Shown piece after piece: positions 61,314 through 64,000 of a DNA stretch of 64,000 bases (the first letter of the stretch is position 1; each line of letters starts with the position of its first letter). The DNA lies in assembly GCA_964242735.1 (NCBI GenBank), contig CAXTAK010000013.1, forward strand, positions 34,085 through 98,084. The letters are read 5' to 3'. The notes beneath the pieces were generated by a model. That model had not been told where the DNA came from and made no database searches. It saw only the letters and a program-made list of their open reading frames with translations. This stretch comes from an uncultured Quadrisphaera sp. GTDB lineage: Bacteria; Actinomycetota; Actinomycetes; Actinomycetales; Quadrisphaeraceae. A program made the translations under genes and the position numbers.

Positions 61314-63436
61314 AAGTCGACCGGGGGCCCGGCCGGGGTGTCGACCTTCGGGCCGATGCCGAGCTTCTCCTTGATGCGCTTCTCCAGCTCATCGGCGAGG
61401 TCGGGGTTGTCGCGCAGGAACGCCCGCGAGTTCTCCTTGCCCTGGCCGAGCTGGTCACCGTCGTAGGTGTACCAGGCCCCCGACTTCTTCACGAAGCCGT
61501 GCTCCACCCCCATGTCGATGAGGCTGCCCTCGCGGGAGATGCCGATGCCGTAGAGGATGTCGAACTCGGCCTGCTTGAACGGCGGGGCCACCTTGTTCTT
61601 CACCACCTTGACGCGGGTGCGGTTGCCGACCGCCTCGGTGCCGTCCTTCAGCGTCTCGATGCGGCGGATGTCAAGGCGCACGGAGGCGTAGAACTTGAGC
61701 GCCTTCCCACCAGTCGTCGTCTCGGGGCTGTTGTGCACCATCACGCCGTCGACGAAGTAGTTGTGCGTGCCGTCGACCTGGATGTCGAAGCGATGCATCG
61801 ACTTCGTCCGCGGCTTGACGTGGACGTCGATGACCTTCGCCGGCACCGGCCGGGTCGTCGGCTCGACGAAGTGCGGTGCCACCGCGAAACGGCCCTGGTG
61901 CCGGGGTAGCAACTTGTAGGCCATGGACGGGTGCACGTACGGGGCGATGACCTGCTGGAACCGCTCCGTCCCCGCGGTGGTCATTGTCAGCACCGCCTTC
62001 TGCCCCGCCCCGCGCGGAGCCACGCGGCAGTCGACGCCGTGGACGTCGCGCAGGTAGGTCGCGAGGCGGTCGCGTGTCGCCTCGCTCATGGCCTCGACGC
62101 AGATCTCGATGCGCCCGCTACCACCCCGGGTGCGCTCCTGCTTGCCCTCGGACCGCAGGGCGAAGCTGCCGTCGTCCATGAACCACACCGCGAGCGCGAG
62201 GGGGGTCAGCGCCTTCAGGTAGTCCTCGGTGAGGTGCTTCTTGCCGTCGCCCCAGTACACGGCCTCACGGACCTCCGACAGCTCGGGCAGCGGCGTCAGA
62301 TCGATGTGCACCGCACCGTTGGGACGCACTGTGCGGGTCTGGCCGATGTTGCCGAGCAGCGACGCCTTCCAGTCGACGTACGCCTCCTGGCGCGCGCCGT
62401 GACCCATGCGGAAGCGCACACCGCGACGACCGCGGGTGTTCGGCGCCAGGTGACCGTCACCCATGAGCCCGCCGAGGACGACCTGCCACTGCTGGTCGCT
62501 GAGGCGGACATCCTCTGCCACCATCACCCGGTCGCCGGGGATGAGCTCCCCCGCCTCGCGCCATCCTCCGGGTGTGCGGACCTGGTGGTTCTCCGTCGCT
62601 GCGAACTGCGAACGCCCGTTGCCACCTGACCTCTCGACCGTCACCTGCAGGAAGCGCTCAGCGGGGCCGTTGTCGTACCAGTCCGTGATCTTGCGTGCGA
62701 CGACCTCGTCGCGCACGGGGTCGTAGCTGAGGACCTCGACGTCCATCTTCTGGTTGACGATCTTGCCGATCTTCTCCGTGCTGCCGTCAGCGAGGGTCAC
62801 CCGCGTCGAGTAGTTCATGCAGCCGAACATCACCCCGATCTTCTCACGGAGCTGATTGATGAAGATCGCGGTGGTGTTCGAGTTGCTCAGAGCACCGGCG
62901 ATCTTGCGCAGCGCCTGGGACATCAATCGGGCCTGCAGGCCGACGTGGCTGTCACCCATCTCGCCCTCGATCTCCGCCCGTGGCACCAGGGCCGCGACCG
63001 AGTCGATGACGATGATGTCGATGGCGCCGGAGCGGATGAGGGTGTCGGCGATCTCCAGCGCCTGCTCACCGGTGTCGGGCTGGGACACCAGCAGGGCGTC
63101 GGTGTCGACACCCAGCGCCTTGGCGTAGTCGGGGTCGAGGGCGTGCTCGGCGTCGATGAACGCGGCGATCCCGCCCGCGCGCTGGGCGTTCGCGATGCAA
63201 TGCAGTGTCAGACTGGTTTTTCCCGACGACTCCGGACCGTAGATCTCGACCACCCGGCCCCGGGGCAGTCCACCGATCCCCAGCGCCACGTCGAGGGCGA
63301 TCGACCCGGTGGGGATCACCTCCATCGGGGCGCGCACCTCGTCGCCCAGGCGCATCACCGAGCCCTTGCCGAACGACTTGTCGATCTGCGCGAGAGCGTT
63401 CTCGAGCGACTTGGCGCGATCTGCCGGAGCAGCCAT
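61310..63436 (-). CDS. recA: Recombinase RecA precursor containing an intein (exteins 62822-63436 and 61310-61729)
   Basis: GPESSGKT Walker A and full RecA homology on both sides of the insertion. The ATG at 63436 is preceded by GGTGAGGA. The ORF track starts 3 codons earlier at GTG 63445. Confidence 0.95.
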   Translation of the reverse strand: MAAPADRAKSLENALAQIDKSFGKGSVMRLGDEVRAPMEVIPTGSIALDVALGIGGLPRGRVVEIYGPESSGKTSLTLHCIANAQRAGGIAAFIDAEHALDPDYAKALGVDTDALLVSQPDTGEQALEIADTLIRSGAIDIIVIDSVAALVPRAEIEGEMGDSHVGLQARLMSQALRKIAGALSNSNTTAIFINQLREKIGVMFGCMNYSTRVTLADGSTEKIGKIVNQKMDVEVLSYDPVRDEVVARKITDWYDNGPAERFLQVTVERSGGNGRSQFAATENHQVRTPGGWREAGELIPGDRVMVAEDVRLSDQQWQVVLGGLMGDGHLAPNTRGRRGVRFRMGHGARQEAYVDWKASLLGNIGQTRTVRPNGAVHIDLTPLPELSEVREAVYWGDGKKHLTEDYLKALTPLALAVWFMDDGSFALRSEGKQERTRGGSGRIEICVEAMSEATRDRLATYLRDVHGVDCRVAPRGAGQKAVLTMTTAGTERFQQVIAPYVHPSMAYKLLPRHQGRFAVAPHFVEPTTRPVPAKVIDVHVKPRTKSMHRFDIQVDGTHNYFVDGVMVHNSPETTTGGKALKFYASVRLDIRRIETLKDGTEAVGNRTRVKVVKNKVAPPFKQAEFDILYGIGISREGSLIDMGVEHGFVKKSGAWYTYDGDQLGQGKENSRAFLRDNPDLADELEKRIKEKLGIGPKVDTPAGPPVDF
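61730..62821 (-). mobile_element. RecA intein, 364 aa, with a LAGLIDADG (dodecapeptide) homing-endonuclease domain
   Basis: It begins Cys1 ([14 protein letters not shown]) right after KIGVMFG. Block B is TENH. The DOD motifs are [10 protein letters not shown] and [11 protein letters not shown]. It ends VMVHN followed by +1 Ser (SPETTTGG). Removal restores a contiguous RecA. Confidence 0.9.
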
Positions 63437-63575
63437 GGTCCTCACCTCTGGGTCGGGGCACCGGGCGAGAGCCCCGTGCGCTGCGTGTCGTGGACGACGC
63501 TAGGGGCGACCACCGACAGCGCTGCTGGTGCGGCGCCACACCTGTGGACGGGCGCCACCGTCATCCCCCGCAGCC

Positions 63576-63591
63576 TAGAACACCGGTTCGA
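63576..63591. promoter_or_regulatory. LexA SOS box (Cheo-type) upstream of recA
   Basis: TAGAAC-ACCG-GTTCGA matches the Gram-positive/actinobacterial consensus TCGAAC-N4-GTTCGA. It lies about 140 nt upstream of the recA ATG. Confidence 0.7.
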
Positions 63592-63604
63592 TCAGCGGTA
63601 GTCG

Positions 63605-64000
63605 TCAGGCGGCCGCTCCAGCCCGCGCGCGGCCCTCGACCAGGTGGCCCGCGACCCGCGGTGCCCGCGGCAGGTACGCGGCCCGCAGCTCGGTCACCTC
63701 CAGCCCGGAACGCTCCAGAGAGGCCCGCACGTCGTGGTCCAGGGAGCAGCCGGCGACCCGCCGACTCACCTCGCCCAGGCGGCGCTGCCACCGGGCGACG
63801 CCCGCGTCGGGGGCGAGCCCGTGCTCGACGAGGTGCAGCTCGCCCCCGGGCGCCAGCACCCGGCGCACCTCCGCGAGCGCGGCGTCGCGGTCGGCGATGC
63901 CGCACAGGGTCCAGGTGCACAGCGCGGCGTCGAACCGGCCGTCGGGGAACGGCAGGTGCTGCGCGTCGCTCGCCCCCAGCACCACCGGGACGCCCGCGCC
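63605..64000 (-). CDS. Class I SAM-dependent methyltransferase (partial; the 5' end is beyond the window)
   Basis: The post-motif-I region reads LPFPDGRFDAALCTWTLC........L.EV.RVL.PGG.L. The frame is open to the window edge. Confidence 0.75.
   Translation of the reverse strand, partial: GAGVPVVLGASDAQHLPFPDGRFDAALCTWTLCGIADRDAALAEVRRVLAPGGELHLVEHGLAPDAGVARWQRRLGEVSRRVAGCSLDHDVRASLERSGLEVTELRAAYLPRAPRVAGHLVEGRARAGAAA

Overview
This is a high-GC (about 72-74% by eye) actinobacterial chromosome segment. A Micrococcales/Cellulomonas-like origin is only a guess. Coding is dense on both strands, and many genes are joined by 4-nt GTGA/ATGA start-stop overlaps. I saw no rRNA, tRNA, CRISPR array, transposase or integrase.

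Gene content in order:
- Uricase branch of purine catabolism (uraD, HIU hydrolase, uricase) followed by a CitE-like gene.
- Ankyrin protein plus catalase, a GNAT, and a vapBC toxin-antitoxin pair.
- A tightly coupled NPPY-methyltransferase / CDGSH Fe-S / heme-oxygenase-like diiron operon.
- Urease ureABCF and ureGD, separated by two antisense genes: a DivIVA-domain protein and a tail-anchored repeat protein.
- Zn-ADH, a Na+/H+ antiporter, and a DUF2243 + CtaG-like pair.
- Asp/Glu racemase, formaldehyde dehydrogenase and a GH1 beta-glucosidase.
- Guanine deaminase plus xanthine dehydrogenase.
- An MFS/ArsR pair.
- A fumC / malic enzyme / AEC permease / second malic enzyme operon.
- PadR with a membrane partner, an FGGY kinase, and a TetR/hydrolase pair.
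- selO, a glycosyltransferase, miaB, gluABCD, recX, and recA.

Most notable observations:
1. recA carries a 364-aa intein of the M. leprae type with a LAGLIDADG (DOD) endonuclease, inserted at KIGVMFG|SPETTTGG.
2. recX and a GNAT gene both have conserved N-terminal coding sequence upstream of any ATG/GTG/TTG. Each has a CTG placed in a CTGA overlap with the upstream stop codon.
3. The methyltransferase-CDGSH-diiron operon has no characterised function.
4. The urease operon is physically split.
5. There is an unusual load of apparently frameshifted, truncated or nonsense-interrupted accessory genes, while long housekeeping genes are intact.

All calls rest on by-eye translation and motif recognition. 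No alignments or searches were run.
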